A stretch of DNA of 64,000 nt from an uncultured cyanobacterium (GCA_963706595.1 OY970166.1:5152001-5216000), one strand, 5' to 3'; positions 33,256-43,469 are shown, numbered from the stretch's first letter. Translations and numbers: made by a program. The notes: a model not told the origin generated them from the letters alone.

Positions 33256-33522
33256 TCATGCCAAATGCATCTTGAGGACGCTACGAGGAGCTTTACGAAC
33301 TCTGGCGATAATTGTTTCTTTGCCTAAGCGCTGACAAGCTTCATAACGGTGACAACCAGAAAAGCCATAATATTGTCCCTCTACTTCTAGGACATCGATG
33401 GGTTCTTGCTGTCCAATAGCTGCTATCGATTCCATTAAGGCTTGGACTTTATTGGGGTCGTTTGCACGGGGTAACGGCCGTTTAATTTGATTCAAGGGAA
33501 TTTCTGCAACTCTCATCATCAA
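33256..33522 (-). CDS. srxA: Sulfiredoxin
   Basis: YGFSGCHRY motif; 88 aa. Confidence 0.92.
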   Translation of the reverse strand: MMMRVAEIPLNQIKRPLPRANDPNKVQALMESIAAIGQQEPIDVLEVEGQYYGFSGCHRYEACQRLGKETIIARVRKAPRSVLKMHLA

Positions 33523-33627
33523 AAGTTGACCTCCTTTGTTTTCTCTCTTTGTTTAAATCATACTCGTTATGACTTTATTCTACACCATTTCAGGATATGA
33601 GTTTATGGGTTGGAGAGTTGACATTAT

Positions 33628-33648
33628 TTATAGTAAAATCTACCATAA
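33628..33648. promoter_or_regulatory. Predicted NrtR operator overlapping the pncB promoter
   Basis: 21-bp palindrome TTATAGTA-AAATC-TACCATAA with GT-N7-AC core; TTGACA at 33618 and TACCAT 17 nt later. Confidence 0.75.
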
Positions 33649-33680
33649 TAGAAGTAGCATTCTTCTAAAGACGCTCTTGC

Positions 33681-35066
33681 ATGGCAACATTTCCAGACTG
33701 GGACGGGGAACTGACTCTGTGTGCGGCTGATTACAGCCTGCTAACTGACCTTTACCAGCTAACAATGGCAGCTTGTTATACAGGCGAAGGTGTAGAACAA
33801 CGAAGGGCTAGCTTTGAATTATTTGTCAGACGCTTGCCAGAAAATTTTGGCTATTTAATAGCGATGGGGTTAGAGCAGGTTTTGACATATTTGTCAAACT
33901 TTCGCTTTAGCCCTGATCAAATTAAGGCTTTACAGGCGACGCAAATTTTTGCTCATGCAAGCGAAAACTTTTGGTTACTATTAGCTGAGGGGTGTTTTAC
34001 GGGTGATGTGTGGGCAGTACCAGAAGGAACAGCCGTGTTTGCTAATCAGCCATTATTGCGGGTGGAAGCACCCCTTTGGCAAGCACAACTGGTAGAAACT
34101 TATTTACTGAATACGATTAATTATCAATCTTTAATTGCTACCAGGGCGGCACGTATCCGTGATGTGGCGGGGGAATCAGCCACACTCTTGGAATTTGGCA
34201 CTAGAAGGGCTTTTAGTCCCCAAGCTTCTTTGTGGGCGGCGCGGGCTGGTTTGGCTGGGGGCTTGAATTCTACTTCTAATGTGTTAGCAGCGCTACAACT
34301 GGGAGAACAGCCAAGTGGTACGATGGCTCACGCTTTAGTTATGGCATTGTCAGCAATGGCAGGTAGTGAAGAGCAGGCTTTTACTGCCTTTCATCGGTAT
34401 TTTCCTGGTGCGCCATTGTTGATTGATACTTATGATACTATCGCTGCGGCACGGCAGTTAGCTGCTAAAGTCAATGCTGGCGAAATGGAATTAACTGGGG
34501 TGAGGTTGGATTCTGGAGATTTGGTTACTTTGTCAAAACAAGTGCGATCGCTTCTTCCTAATGTATCAATTTTTGCTAGCGGCGATTTAGATGAATGGGA
34601 AATTGCCCGGCTGAAGGCGGCTGATGCCCAAATCGATGGCTATGGGTTGGGAACTCGATTGGTTACGGGTGCGCCTGTGAATGGAGTTTATAAACTCGTG
34701 GAAATCGATGGTATCCCGGTGATGAAACAGTCTAGTGGTAAGGTGACTTATCCCGGACGCAAGCAAATTTTTCGCTCGTTTACAGGAGGTCAGGTAAAAG
34801 CCGATAAATTGGCGTTAGTAGATGAAAGCAATGTCTTAGGATCACCTTTGTTGCAGTTGGTAGTCAAGAATGGTGAACGCTTACATCCGCCGGCAAGTTT
34901 ACAGGAGATTCGCCAACGAACTGCGGCTACTGTGGCTAGTTTACCCCAGGAGACTCGGCGTTTGGATGATCCGGTGGGGGTGGAGGTGGAGATTTCTGCT
35001 GGTTTGCAGAAGTTGATTTCGGAAACTAAGGAACGAACCGCAGAGGCGCAGAGGACACAGAGATGA
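33681..35066 (+). CDS. pncB: Nicotinate phosphoribosyltransferase
   Basis: LLTDLYQLTM, EFGTRR, GTMAH, LIDTYD, VRLDSGD. Confidence 0.95.
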   Translation: MATFPDWDGELTLCAADYSLLTDLYQLTMAACYTGEGVEQRRASFELFVRRLPENFGYLIAMGLEQVLTYLSNFRFSPDQIKALQATQIFAHASENFWLLLAEGCFTGDVWAVPEGTAVFANQPLLRVEAPLWQAQLVETYLLNTINYQSLIATRAARIRDVAGESATLLEFGTRRAFSPQASLWAARAGLAGGLNSTSNVLAALQLGEQPSGTMAHALVMALSAMAGSEEQAFTAFHRYFPGAPLLIDTYDTIAAARQLAAKVNAGEMELTGVRLDSGDLVTLSKQVRSLLPNVSIFASGDLDEWEIARLKAADAQIDGYGLGTRLVTGAPVNGVYKLVEIDGIPVMKQSSGKVTYPGRKQIFRSFTGGQVKADKLALVDESNVLGSPLLQLVVKNGERLHPPASLQEIRQRTAATVASLPQETRRLDDPVGVEVEISAGLQKLISETKERTAEAQRTQR

Positions 35067-35662
35067 GAATTGCTTTGTTTGGTACTAGTGCTGATCCCCC
35101 GACGGCTGGACATCAAAAGATTCTCAGGTGGTTATCTGAGGGTTATGATTGGGTAGCAGTTTGGGCGGCGGATAATCCTTTTAAGTCTCATCAAACACCT
35201 TTAGAACATCGGGCAACAATGCTGCGATTGTTGATTACTGATATTGATACGCCACGGCAGAATATTGCTTTGGAACAGGATTTGAGTAGTTTCAGAACTC
35301 TGGAAACTCTGGAAAAAGCTAAGTCTCGCTGGGGTGAGGATACTGAGTTTACTTTGGTGATTGGTTCGGATTTATTACATCAGTTACCGCGATGGTATCG
35401 CATTGAAGATTTGTTACAGCAAGTGCAACTGCTGATTGTGCCACGACCAGGATATGCCATAGATGAGTATAGCTTGGAGGCGGTGCAAAATCTGGGCGGT
35501 GACATTGCGATCGCTAGCTTAACTGGTATAGATGTTTCTTCCACAGCCTATCGTGAACATGGAGATACTCAAGCCCTAACTCCCCCAATTGTCGCTTACA
35601 TTCATCAAGAGCATTTGTACAAATGCCAGGACGCAACCACAAAAAGTTACCAATTCAATTAA
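35063..35662 (+). CDS. nadD: Nicotinate-nucleotide adenylyltransferase
   Basis: LFGTSADPPTAGH, VIGSD, VSSTAYR. Confidence 0.92.
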   Translation: MRIALFGTSADPPTAGHQKILRWLSEGYDWVAVWAADNPFKSHQTPLEHRATMLRLLITDIDTPRQNIALEQDLSSFRTLETLEKAKSRWGEDTEFTLVIGSDLLHQLPRWYRIEDLLQQVQLLIVPRPGYAIDEYSLEAVQNLGGDIAIASLTGIDVSSTAYREHGDTQALTPPIVAYIHQEHLYKCQDATTKSYQFN

Positions 35663-36369
35663 ATCAACAACCTTTGGCCGATTTTAAGGTTGGTGTTGAT
35701 AATGTCATTTTTTCTGTAGATACTGCCCAAAATCGGCTGTTAGTTCTGTTAATCATGCGACAGCAGGAACCATATTTAAATTCTTGGAGTCTTCCCGGTA
35801 CTTTGGTACGTCAAGGAGAATCTTTAGAAGATGCTGCTTATCGGATTATGGCGGAGAAAATTAGGGTAAATAATCTCTATTTAGAACAGTTATATACCTT
35901 TGGCGGTCCCCATCGCGACCCCAGAGAAGCTACTGGTAGTTATGGTGTCCGTTATCTATCTGTTAGTTATTTTGCTCTGGTGCGGTTTGAAGAAGCCGAA
36001 TTAATTGCTGATAAAGCTACGGGAATTGCTTGGTATCCAGTCAAAGATGTCCCCCAATTAGCTTTTGATCACAATCAAGTTTTGGCTTATGGACACAGGC
36101 GTTTACGAAATAAGTTAGAGTATAGTCCGGTGGCTTTTGATGTTTTGCCAGCTAGCTTTACATTGAATGATTTGTATCAGCTATACACCACAATTTTAGG
36201 CGACAACTTCGCCGATTATTCTAACTTTCGGGCGCGGTTACTTAAGTTGGGTTTTTTGTCCGATACCGGAATCAAGGTATCACGAGGTGCTGGTCGTCCG
36301 GCGAGTTTATATAAGTTTGATGCTGATGCTTTTGCACCTTTGAAAGATAAGCCTTTAGTTTTTATTTGA
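35623..36369 (+). CDS. nrtR: NrtR Nudix-related transcriptional regulator
   Basis: Degenerate Nudix WSLPG..ESLEDAA, LEQLYTF, LAFDH, wHTH GRPASLY; inside the NAD operon. Confidence 0.88.
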   Translation: MPGRNHKKLPIQLNQQPLADFKVGVDNVIFSVDTAQNRLLVLLIMRQQEPYLNSWSLPGTLVRQGESLEDAAYRIMAEKIRVNNLYLEQLYTFGGPHRDPREATGSYGVRYLSVSYFALVRFEEAELIADKATGIAWYPVKDVPQLAFDHNQVLAYGHRRLRNKLEYSPVAFDVLPASFTLNDLYQLYTTILGDNFADYSNFRARLLKLGFLSDTGIKVSRGAGRPASLYKFDADAFAPLKDKPLVFI

Positions 36370-36370
36370 C

Positions 36371-36455
36371 TATAGCGGTTATCAGTTAAGTGAGATAGAA
36401 TAACCCCACCCCCAACCCCCTCCCCGCAAGCGAGGAGGGGGCTATGATGTACTTC
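36371..36455. mobile_element. MITE family A copy (right end truncated)
   Basis: TATAGCGGTTATCAGTTAAG..GCGAGGAGGGGGCTATGATGTACTTC matches 61575-61668. Confidence 0.8.
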
Positions 36456-36465
36456 AAAATCGAAA

Positions 36466-38181
36466 ATGAAAATTTCTATTGCTCAACTTAATCCTATTAT
36501 TGGTGATTTGCTTGGTAATGCTCAAAAAATTCTGTCAGCAGCCCAAGCAGCATCTGCTAAAGGTGCGCGTTTATTATTAACACCAGAACTTTCTTTGTGT
36601 GGCTATCCCCCAAGGGATTTATTACTCAATCCTAGTTTTGTCGCTGCGATGGGGATGACATTAAAACAACTAGCTACAGATTTACCACCTAATTTAGCTG
36701 TATTGGTAGGAACTGTTTCCCCAAATTTAAAAGCGCATACCAGTGGCGGGAAAAGTTTATTTAATAGCATCGCTTTGTTAGAAGAGGGTAAAATAAAACA
36801 AATTTTTCATAAGCGGCTGTTACCTACTTATGATGTATTTGATGAAAACCGTTATTTTGAACCAGGGTTAGAAGCTAGTTATTTTACTCTAGATAATCTT
36901 GATATTGGTGTAACTATTTGCGAAGATTTATGGAATGATGAAGACTTTTTAGGGAAACGTAGTTATGCAGTAAATCCTATTGCTGATTTAGCAATTTTGC
37001 GTGTTGATATCATTGTGAATCTCTCTGCTTCACCCTACAGTTTGAGTAAGCAGCAGTATCGAGAATCTATGCTCAAGCATAGTGCGGTACGTTTTGGACA
37101 ACCAATAATTTATACTAATCAAGTCGGGGGAAATGACGATTTAATTTTTGATGGGCGCAGTTTTGCTTTGAATCGTCAAGGTGAAATTGTCTGTCGTGCT
37201 AATGGTTTTGCCACTGATTTAGTAATAGTTGAATTTGATGAAGGACAGAAAGATTTACAGTTGGCTTATGTCACACCTGCATATCAATCAGAAGCGGAAG
37301 AAATTTGGCAAGCTTTGGTGTTGGGAGTCCGGGACTATGCCCAAAAGTGTGGTTTTTCTAAAGTGGTGCTGGGTTTAAGTGGGGGAATTGATTCGGCTTT
37401 AGTGGCGGCGATCGCATCCGTAGCCCTTGGTAAAGAAAATGTCCTCGGTGTCCTGATGCCTTCGCCTTACAGTTCATCACATTCTGTTAGTGATGCTTTG
37501 GCATTAGCAGAAAATCTGGGTATTGAAACTACTATTTTAAAGATAGGGGAATTAATGGCAGGGTTTGATCACACCTTAGCTGATTTGTTTGCGGGGACTG
37601 AATTTGGTATTGCTGAGGAAAATATCCAGTCCCGGATTCGTGGTAATTTATTGATGGCGATCGCAAACAAATTTGGTTATCTGCTATTATCCACTGGTAA
37701 CAAGTCAGAAATGGCAGTAGGTTACTGCACGCTTTACGGTGATATGAATGGCGGGTTGGCTGTAATTGCTGATGTTCCCAAAACCCGTGTTTATGCACTT
37801 TGCCATTGGTTAAATCGTCAAAACGAAATTATTCCCCAAAATATTCTCACCAAGCCACCAAGCGCCGAACTCAAACCCGGTCAACTTGACCAAGATTCTC
37901 TACCCGACTACGAAATTTTAGACGACATCTTGGAACGCCTAATCCACAACCACCAATCAGCAGCCGAAATTGTCGCCGCCGGACATGAACCGATAATTGT
38001 CAACCGAGTGATTCAGATGGTGGCGCGGGCTGAATTTAAACGCCGACAAGCACCCCCAGGATTAAAAATTACTGACCGCGCCTTTGGTACTGGTTGGCGA
38101 ATGCCAATTGCCAGTAATTGGGCGGCTGTCAAAAATACCCATCAGACTCAAACCACCCCTAAATCAATCACACCCAATTAG
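36466..38181 (+). CDS. nadE: Glutamine-dependent NAD+ synthetase
   Basis: Nitrilase domain (TPEL, ICEDLW), LSGGIDS, ENIQSRIRG, TGNKSE, PPSAEL. Confidence 0.95.
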   Translation: MKISIAQLNPIIGDLLGNAQKILSAAQAASAKGARLLLTPELSLCGYPPRDLLLNPSFVAAMGMTLKQLATDLPPNLAVLVGTVSPNLKAHTSGGKSLFNSIALLEEGKIKQIFHKRLLPTYDVFDENRYFEPGLEASYFTLDNLDIGVTICEDLWNDEDFLGKRSYAVNPIADLAILRVDIIVNLSASPYSLSKQQYRESMLKHSAVRFGQPIIYTNQVGGNDDLIFDGRSFALNRQGEIVCRANGFATDLVIVEFDEGQKDLQLAYVTPAYQSEAEEIWQALVLGVRDYAQKCGFSKVVLGLSGGIDSALVAAIASVALGKENVLGVLMPSPYSSSHSVSDALALAENLGIETTILKIGELMAGFDHTLADLFAGTEFGIAEENIQSRIRGNLLMAIANKFGYLLLSTGNKSEMAVGYCTLYGDMNGGLAVIADVPKTRVYALCHWLNRQNEIIPQNILTKPPSAELKPGQLDQDSLPDYEILDDILERLIHNHQSAAEIVAAGHEPIIVNRVIQMVARAEFKRRQAPPGLKITDRAFGTGWRMPIASNWAAVKNTHQTQTTPKSITPN

Positions 38182-38226
38182 CAGTAATCCTGGCTGGAGA
38201 GTCTAAATGCCCCAATATACGCCTTG

Positions 38227-38262
38227 ATAACTGATAACTGATAACTGATAACTGATAACTGA
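38227..38262. repeat. STRR (GATAACT)n
   Basis: 5 copies. Confidence 0.9.
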
Positions 38263-38263
38263 T

Positions 38264-38944
38264 TTAGCCTCCTAACTCCCGCAACATCCCATCTATCCTG
38301 TTGACTCCCGCCGAGTCATTTCGGCGTTGATACAAGTCGCGTGCTTTCCGCAGCACGTTGTTGGCTTGTGAAGTTTGTCGTCGCTGTTTATACATTAAAG
38401 CCATAAACTCATAAGTTTGGGCGTTATTGGGATTAAGTTTAATGGCTTCTTGGTAAGCCCAATTAGCGGCTGTAAAGTCTCCCATCCGGGCTTGAGTGAT
38501 ACCTAATCCCAAATAAGCATTTAAATGGTTACGGTTTAGCTGGATGGCACGACGGTAAGATTGTGTCGCCCCCTTAGTGTCACCCAAATTAACTTTGATG
38601 TAACCGACAGCGTAATGAAAATCACTATTATTAGTGTCAATTGCGATCGCGCGACGATAAGAAGCTAAAGCTGGTTTAAAATTTCCTTGTTGGGCATATA
38701 GGTAGCCAATCCCAGAATGAATTCTCGCATTCCTTGGCTCGATCTTAGCGGCTTGTTGATAAATAGCGATCGCTCCATTGTAGTCCCTAGCTGCCACCAG
38801 CCTCTCTCCTTCCTCAAAGAGCCTCTTTAATTGGGGGTTTGTGGTTTGCGCTATGAGTACCTGAGCCTGAGCTACCGAAGGGATGCTAATGGCGCTAAAT
38901 CCTAAGAACAGAATACCAACTGCAAGTGATATGCGTTTGTACAC
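38264..38944 (-). CDS. Exported TPR protein
   Basis: Signal peptide and about 5 TPR repeats. Confidence 0.85.
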   Translation of the reverse strand: MYKRISLAVGILFLGFSAISIPSVAQAQVLIAQTTNPQLKRLFEEGERLVAARDYNGAIAIYQQAAKIEPRNARIHSGIGYLYAQQGNFKPALASYRRAIAIDTNNSDFHYAVGYIKVNLGDTKGATQSYRRAIQLNRNHLNAYLGLGITQARMGDFTAANWAYQEAIKLNPNNAQTYEFMALMYKQRRQTSQANNVLRKARDLYQRRNDSAGVNRIDGMLRELGG

Positions 38945-39369
38945 AGTAAAATTCCTGAATTTTTAGGGGACTTTTGCTTGTACATTAAAACAAAAAATGC
39001 GAGTTTTGAAAACTGTATTGATTTACTTTCACAAAATTTAAATAGATGGTCAATTCAGATACTTTTTAACAGCACAAAATTTCCTGAGTTTATACTGGAG
39101 GACTGATTGACTATTATCAAGTATTAAGTATATCTCGCCAATCAAATTATTGTTGGACAAAATGCCTTTTGTTGAGAGTAATTTTCGTCCTGTCCTCCCG
39201 TTACACAAATGAAAGGTATCTCTTGCCTTGCTATGATGCCACAAAGAGGCAGAGGAGCCGGGGGATTTGGCACTCATCTCATAAACGGGTTCTCAGCAAC
39301 TACATTGATGTATGGGATCAATTTAAAATCCAAAATCTAAAATCTAAAATTGAGTGAAGGGACTAATTT

Positions 39370-39696
39370 ATGATTGTAACTACGACTGATGTGATTCAAG
39401 GTGCGGTGATTGAATCATATTTAGGTATTGTGACGGCAGAAGTCGTCTACGGCAGTAATTTCATCCGAGATTTTTTTGCCAGCATTCGAGACGTTATCGG
39501 TGGTCGAACTGCTAGCTATGAGCGTCTATTTGAGCAGGGACAGCGCAAAGCCATAGAAGAATTAGAACAACGCGCCCAGCGTTTAGGCGCAGATGCTGTA
39601 ATTGGGATTGAATTTGATACCGGCACAATCAATATTGATCAAAGCGGAGTTTTATTATTGATTACGGCCACAGGTACTGCTGTAAAAATGCGTTAA
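39370..39696 (+). CDS. YbjQ/UPF0145 family protein
   Basis: MIVTTT..YLGIV..IGGRTASYE..GADAVIG..ATGTAV. Confidence 0.9.
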   Translation: MIVTTTDVIQGAVIESYLGIVTAEVVYGSNFIRDFFASIRDVIGGRTASYERLFEQGQRKAIEELEQRAQRLGADAVIGIEFDTGTINIDQSGVLLLITATGTAVKMR

Positions 39697-39787
39697 TTTG
39701 TGAATCCTATTTTGTTCGGTGACTAATGGGTAATGGTTTAGTGATCATAAATAATAAATATGTATGGCGCTAAAAAGCACATATTTT

Positions 39788-39816
39788 GTAGGGGTTTAGC
39801 AATGCTAAACCCCTAC
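39788..39816. repeat. GTAG-type REP-like palindrome
   Basis: GTAGGGGTTTAGCA-A-TGCTAAACCCCTAC, perfect 14-bp arms. Confidence 0.8.
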
Positions 39817-40095
39817 CACCTCGGTATATTTACTATCAACATAATCATTGTTCAAAGCCGGAAATTGGCTATTTTCGTAACACCATGCCATGATTAATTT
39901 GTACAGTGGGTAAGTCCTAATATTTATTAACTAATTTAAGTTAATCCTGCTAAAGATAGAGTAATTAACTCCTTCTATTGATAGATATTAAAAATCATAT
40001 CTGGCAATTTAATTTTAAGCATAAGCATGAATGAATCATCAAATCAATATAACTGAGTAAAAACTTTGCTGATAAAGCAATGGAGAAAATAAACT

Positions 40096-40725
40096 ATGTC
40101 ATACATAAATCGCGTAGGCGATGATGTTATTAATGAATCCGCAGTAGCAAGTAGAGTAGCTGAATATCATGATCGAGTGCGCTGGGGTCCAATAATTGCT
40201 GGCGTGTTGGTGGCCTTAGCTACTCAATTAATCTTGAGTTCCTTGTTTGGCGCTATCGGCGCAGGTGCAATTGCCGGTTCAGGAGCGCCCAGAACTATCA
40301 CCCCTGATATTGCGGCTAATGTGGGAATTTGGTCAACTCTGGCTTTGTTAATTTCTCTGTTCGTTGGTGGTTGGGTGACAACTCGTAGTTGTGGACCAAT
40401 GAACCGGAATACAGCCCTGCTCAATGGCGCAATTCTCTGGGCTACTACTATCGCCCTGAGTTCTTGGCTATTAGCAAGTGGTGTCTGGGGGACTTTTGGG
40501 ATTGTGGCTCCCAATGTTGCGGTAGCTGTACCCCCCCAGGCTATTCAACCAGGCGCTCCCGTACCGCCCACTACTGTCACGGCTGAACAGGCTCGCCAAA
40601 TTGCTGCGGCTACTTCCAGAGCTTTGTGGTGGTTTGTATTGGGTTCTTTGTTGAGTTTAGCTGCGGCTCTCATGGGTGCTGTTGTGGGCGCTCGCAGTCC
40701 TCGAACTAACAATTATCGGGCGTGA
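40096..40725 (+). CDS. Integral membrane hypothetical protein
   Basis: RVRWGPIIAG and four hydrophobic segments. Confidence 0.8.
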   Translation: MSYINRVGDDVINESAVASRVAEYHDRVRWGPIIAGVLVALATQLILSSLFGAIGAGAIAGSGAPRTITPDIAANVGIWSTLALLISLFVGGWVTTRSCGPMNRNTALLNGAILWATTIALSSWLLASGVWGTFGIVAPNVAVAVPPQAIQPGAPVPPTTVTAEQARQIAAATSRALWWFVLGSLLSLAAALMGAVVGARSPRTNNYRA

Positions 40726-42216
40726 ACTACCCACACTGACTTGGAGTACCAAGTACAGTGTCGGCTTCTGTAATCACGGGGGAATGCCCAAACTTAGACT
40801 TTCGCCCAAGTTTAGGACTTACTTCCCCTCCTACAGCAGAGACGGCTGAACCTTCCGCCTTTATCCCTTCGGCTTCGCTCAGGGCAAGCATTCTGATGCC
40901 TTCTGCTCTAATATTGATGGCTGCGTTTCCATCACGGTCATGATGAGTGCCACAATGAGGACAAGTCCACTCCCTCACCTCTAAAGGCATCTCACTTACT
41001 TGATAGAAACAATTAGAACAGAGTTTAGAACTGGGAAACCATCTATCAATTTCAATCAACTCCCCACCTTTGCGCTCTAGCTTATAGGCTAAAAAGTGGG
41101 TAAATGTTCCCCATCCTGCATCAGATATTGATTTCGCCAATTTGTGATTACAAACCATGCCTTTGACATGAAGATTTTCTACTATGACAGCTTGGCTATC
41201 GCTGACCAACTTATAACTAAGTTTATGTAGAAAATCCTGCCGGGAATTGCTAATTCGTTCGTACACTTTGGCAACAACTTTTCTGCATCTATTTCTTGAG
41301 TTACTCCCATTTTGCTTACGGGCTAACTTTTTTTGTTTACGCTTGAGGTTCTTTTCGTGCTTGGCAAGGTGTTTAGGGTTGTCGTATTTGGATATCTTTT
41401 CACCATCAGTTACAACAGCGAAATGTTTCAGCCCTAAATCAATGCCGTAAATCTTTCCTTCCGTAATAGCAGGAGTTTCCCCCTCTACTTCTGTCAGGAT
41501 AGATGCAAAGTATTTACCTGAAGGCGTTTTATTAACAGTTACAGTCTTTATTTTCCCCTCAATCAGCCGATGTATTTTGGCTTTGACTGTCCCAATGTTG
41601 CCTGGAAGTTTGACATTGCCATCTACAATCTTAACGTTTTGAGGATACTGGATAGACTGTTTTCCGTGCCTAGATTTGAACTTAGGGAATCCAGCACGTT
41701 TATCAAAAAAATTTTTGTATGCTGTGGTTAGATTAAGTGTTGTAGCTTGTAAAACTTGGCTATAACAATCAGCCAACCAAATAGTATCTTCTGCTTTTTT
41801 GAGCGTTGGGAGAAATGCGTTGAGTGCTGCACGAGTAAGCCCTTTCCCTGTTTCTTTATAAGTCTCAATTGACTTATTTAGGGCATAGTTCCACCACCAA
41901 CGAGCGCAGCCAAAAGCTTGAGCTAATTGAATTTGCTGTTCTTGTGACGGATACAAACGAACTTGTACAACCCTTCGACATCGCTCAGGGCAAGCCTTAT
42001 GCAACACTTAACATCACCTCATTGTTATATGTATCTTACCATGATATATATTTTCTGATAACCCCTTGAAATAAAATAATTGTTGATTCGTCATACATCT
42101 AATATTTGTCTTTGCTATGCAAAAAATCAATATTAGATGCAATCCTTCTCAACCGCCTTATATCCCGCCACTGATTCTGGGTACAGAATTCAGATCGGGG
42201 ACTTACGGCGTAATAG
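40722..42216 (-). mobile_element. tnpB-only IS200/IS605-family element, 1495 bp
   Basis: Left-end hairpin after TTTAA (42217-42221), right-end hairpin ending GTAGTTCAC; excision restores host GCT TAA; no tnpA. Confidence 0.88.
40727..42007 (-). CDS. tnpB: RNA-guided endonuclease TnpB
   Basis: HTH GCARWWWN, RuvC GIDLG / IVENL / DRDGNAAINI, zinc finger CSNC..CPHC. Confidence 0.95.
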   Translation of the reverse strand: MLHKACPERCRRVVQVRLYPSQEQQIQLAQAFGCARWWWNYALNKSIETYKETGKGLTRAALNAFLPTLKKAEDTIWLADCYSQVLQATTLNLTTAYKNFFDKRAGFPKFKSRHGKQSIQYPQNVKIVDGNVKLPGNIGTVKAKIHRLIEGKIKTVTVNKTPSGKYFASILTEVEGETPAITEGKIYGIDLGLKHFAVVTDGEKISKYDNPKHLAKHEKNLKRKQKKLARKQNGSNSRNRCRKVVAKVYERISNSRQDFLHKLSYKLVSDSQAVIVENLHVKGMVCNHKLAKSISDAGWGTFTHFLAYKLERKGGELIEIDRWFPSSKLCSNCFYQVSEMPLEVREWTCPHCGTHHDRDGNAAINIRAEGIRMLALSEAEGIKAEGSAVSAVGGEVSPKLGRKSKFGHSPVITEADTVLGTPSQCG

Positions 42217-42415
42217 TTAAATGTTTTTGGTACACTACAATACCATTCATCGCTAAAAGTGCCTTTTTTAGGTGCTTTTTATTGTGGAAATTGCGATTTT
42301 TTATCAGAGTTTAATTTTTCTACCCAGTCTTAATACGGTTAAGATTAGGTTTATTTTTTAAACAAACCGCAGAGGCACAGAGGACACTCAGATGTAAGAG
42401 ACAGAAGGAAATGCT

Positions 42416-42676
42416 TTACCATTTCAAGTATGAGGCTTCTATTCCTTGTTCTCGTTTAATTTTGGCATCGGTTTCAAACCACGTAATCAGTTGCTGTGTG
42501 GTTAAGTCTTCCATAGCTACACCGTACTCTTGGGCAATATGCTTGAGGACTTTGAGGGATGAAATTGTTATTCTGGTTAAAAATTTCTCTGATGAAGATA
42601 GCAACGCTGCATCTACTTTGGCTGATTCTTCTAAGGTGAGAAATTGGGTTGTTGGTTGCTGTGGTGGTATATCCAT
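42416..42676 (-). CDS. Small hypothetical protein
   Basis: 86-aa ORF co-oriented downstream of sufR. Confidence 0.7.
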   Translation of the reverse strand: MDIPPQQPTTQFLTLEESAKVDAALLSSSEKFLTRITISSLKVLKHIAQEYGVAMEDLTTQQLITWFETDAKIKREQGIEASYLKW

Positions 42677-42782
42677 ATATTTAGTTTTTACTTAGTTTTT
42701 ACACCTATTTAAATGTTGATTCATGGACAATCAATAATTATTGATTAGTAAAAAGCCTTACCACTCAAATATTAGCCATGAT

Positions 42783-43469
42783 TTAAACTGAATGTGATTG
42801 TGTTGGTCGAGCTTGCACTAAATAGCCGCAACGATGTTCCCCATCGATAATCCAATGGGTTCGCTCTACGTGACAATCTGGTAGCACGGCTGCAAACATT
42901 TCTAATTCGTGACCGCAGATGCTAGGGAAAGACTCAGCGACATTGGAAATCGCACAGTTATGTTCCATGAAGATAAAGCTATCTTCTTGTGAGGATTCCA
43001 CTGAGTGATATTCTGCCATGAATCCTTCAGTTTTTCTCAGAGTCACTAAATTAGCTACACGCTCTTCTAGTGATCCGTTGCCGACGCGATCGCGATATTC
43101 TTGAGCTTTACGCTCCCACTGTTTTTGTAAAATCGAGGTTACTTGGTCACGGCCTACGGTTTCTGCTAAAGTATCCAGCAGTGAAACAGCAAATTCACCA
43201 TAGCGATCGCTTTGATGATTATTTAAACTCCGTTGCAGGCGATCGCGTCCCCGGCGGCTTAACTTATAGATATGCTGCGGCCGCCCCATACCTATTTGTG
43301 CAGATGAATACAAAACTAAATCTTCCGTCTCCAAATCTTTCAAATGACGACGAATTGCTTGCTTGCTCACATCTAAAACTTCGGCTAACTCAAAAGCAGT
43401 TGCTTGTGAGCGCTTAAGCAGATACTCCAGAATATCTTGCTTGGTTGAGGTCTGGTGAATAGTCTCCAT
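42783..43469 (-). CDS. sufR: Fe-S cluster regulator SufR
   Basis: HTH AIRRHLKDL, GRPQHIY, EHNCAI..ICGHE..HRCGY; divergent from sufB; start uncertain (43469-43502). Confidence 0.93.
   Translation of the reverse strand: METIHQTSTKQDILEYLLKRSQATAFELAEVLDVSKQAIRRHLKDLETEDLVLYSSAQIGMGRPQHIYKLSRRGRDRLQRSLNNHQSDRYGEFAVSLLDTLAETVGRDQVTSILQKQWERKAQEYRDRVGNGSLEERVANLVTLRKTEGFMAEYHSVESSQEDSFIFMEHNCAISNVAESFPSICGHELEMFAAVLPDCHVERTHWIIDGEHRCGYLVQARPTQSHSV

Noticed and set aside
40727..42007. Cas12f / type V CRISPR effector
   Set aside because: Bounded by IS ends with no array or cas1/cas2; ordinary TnpB
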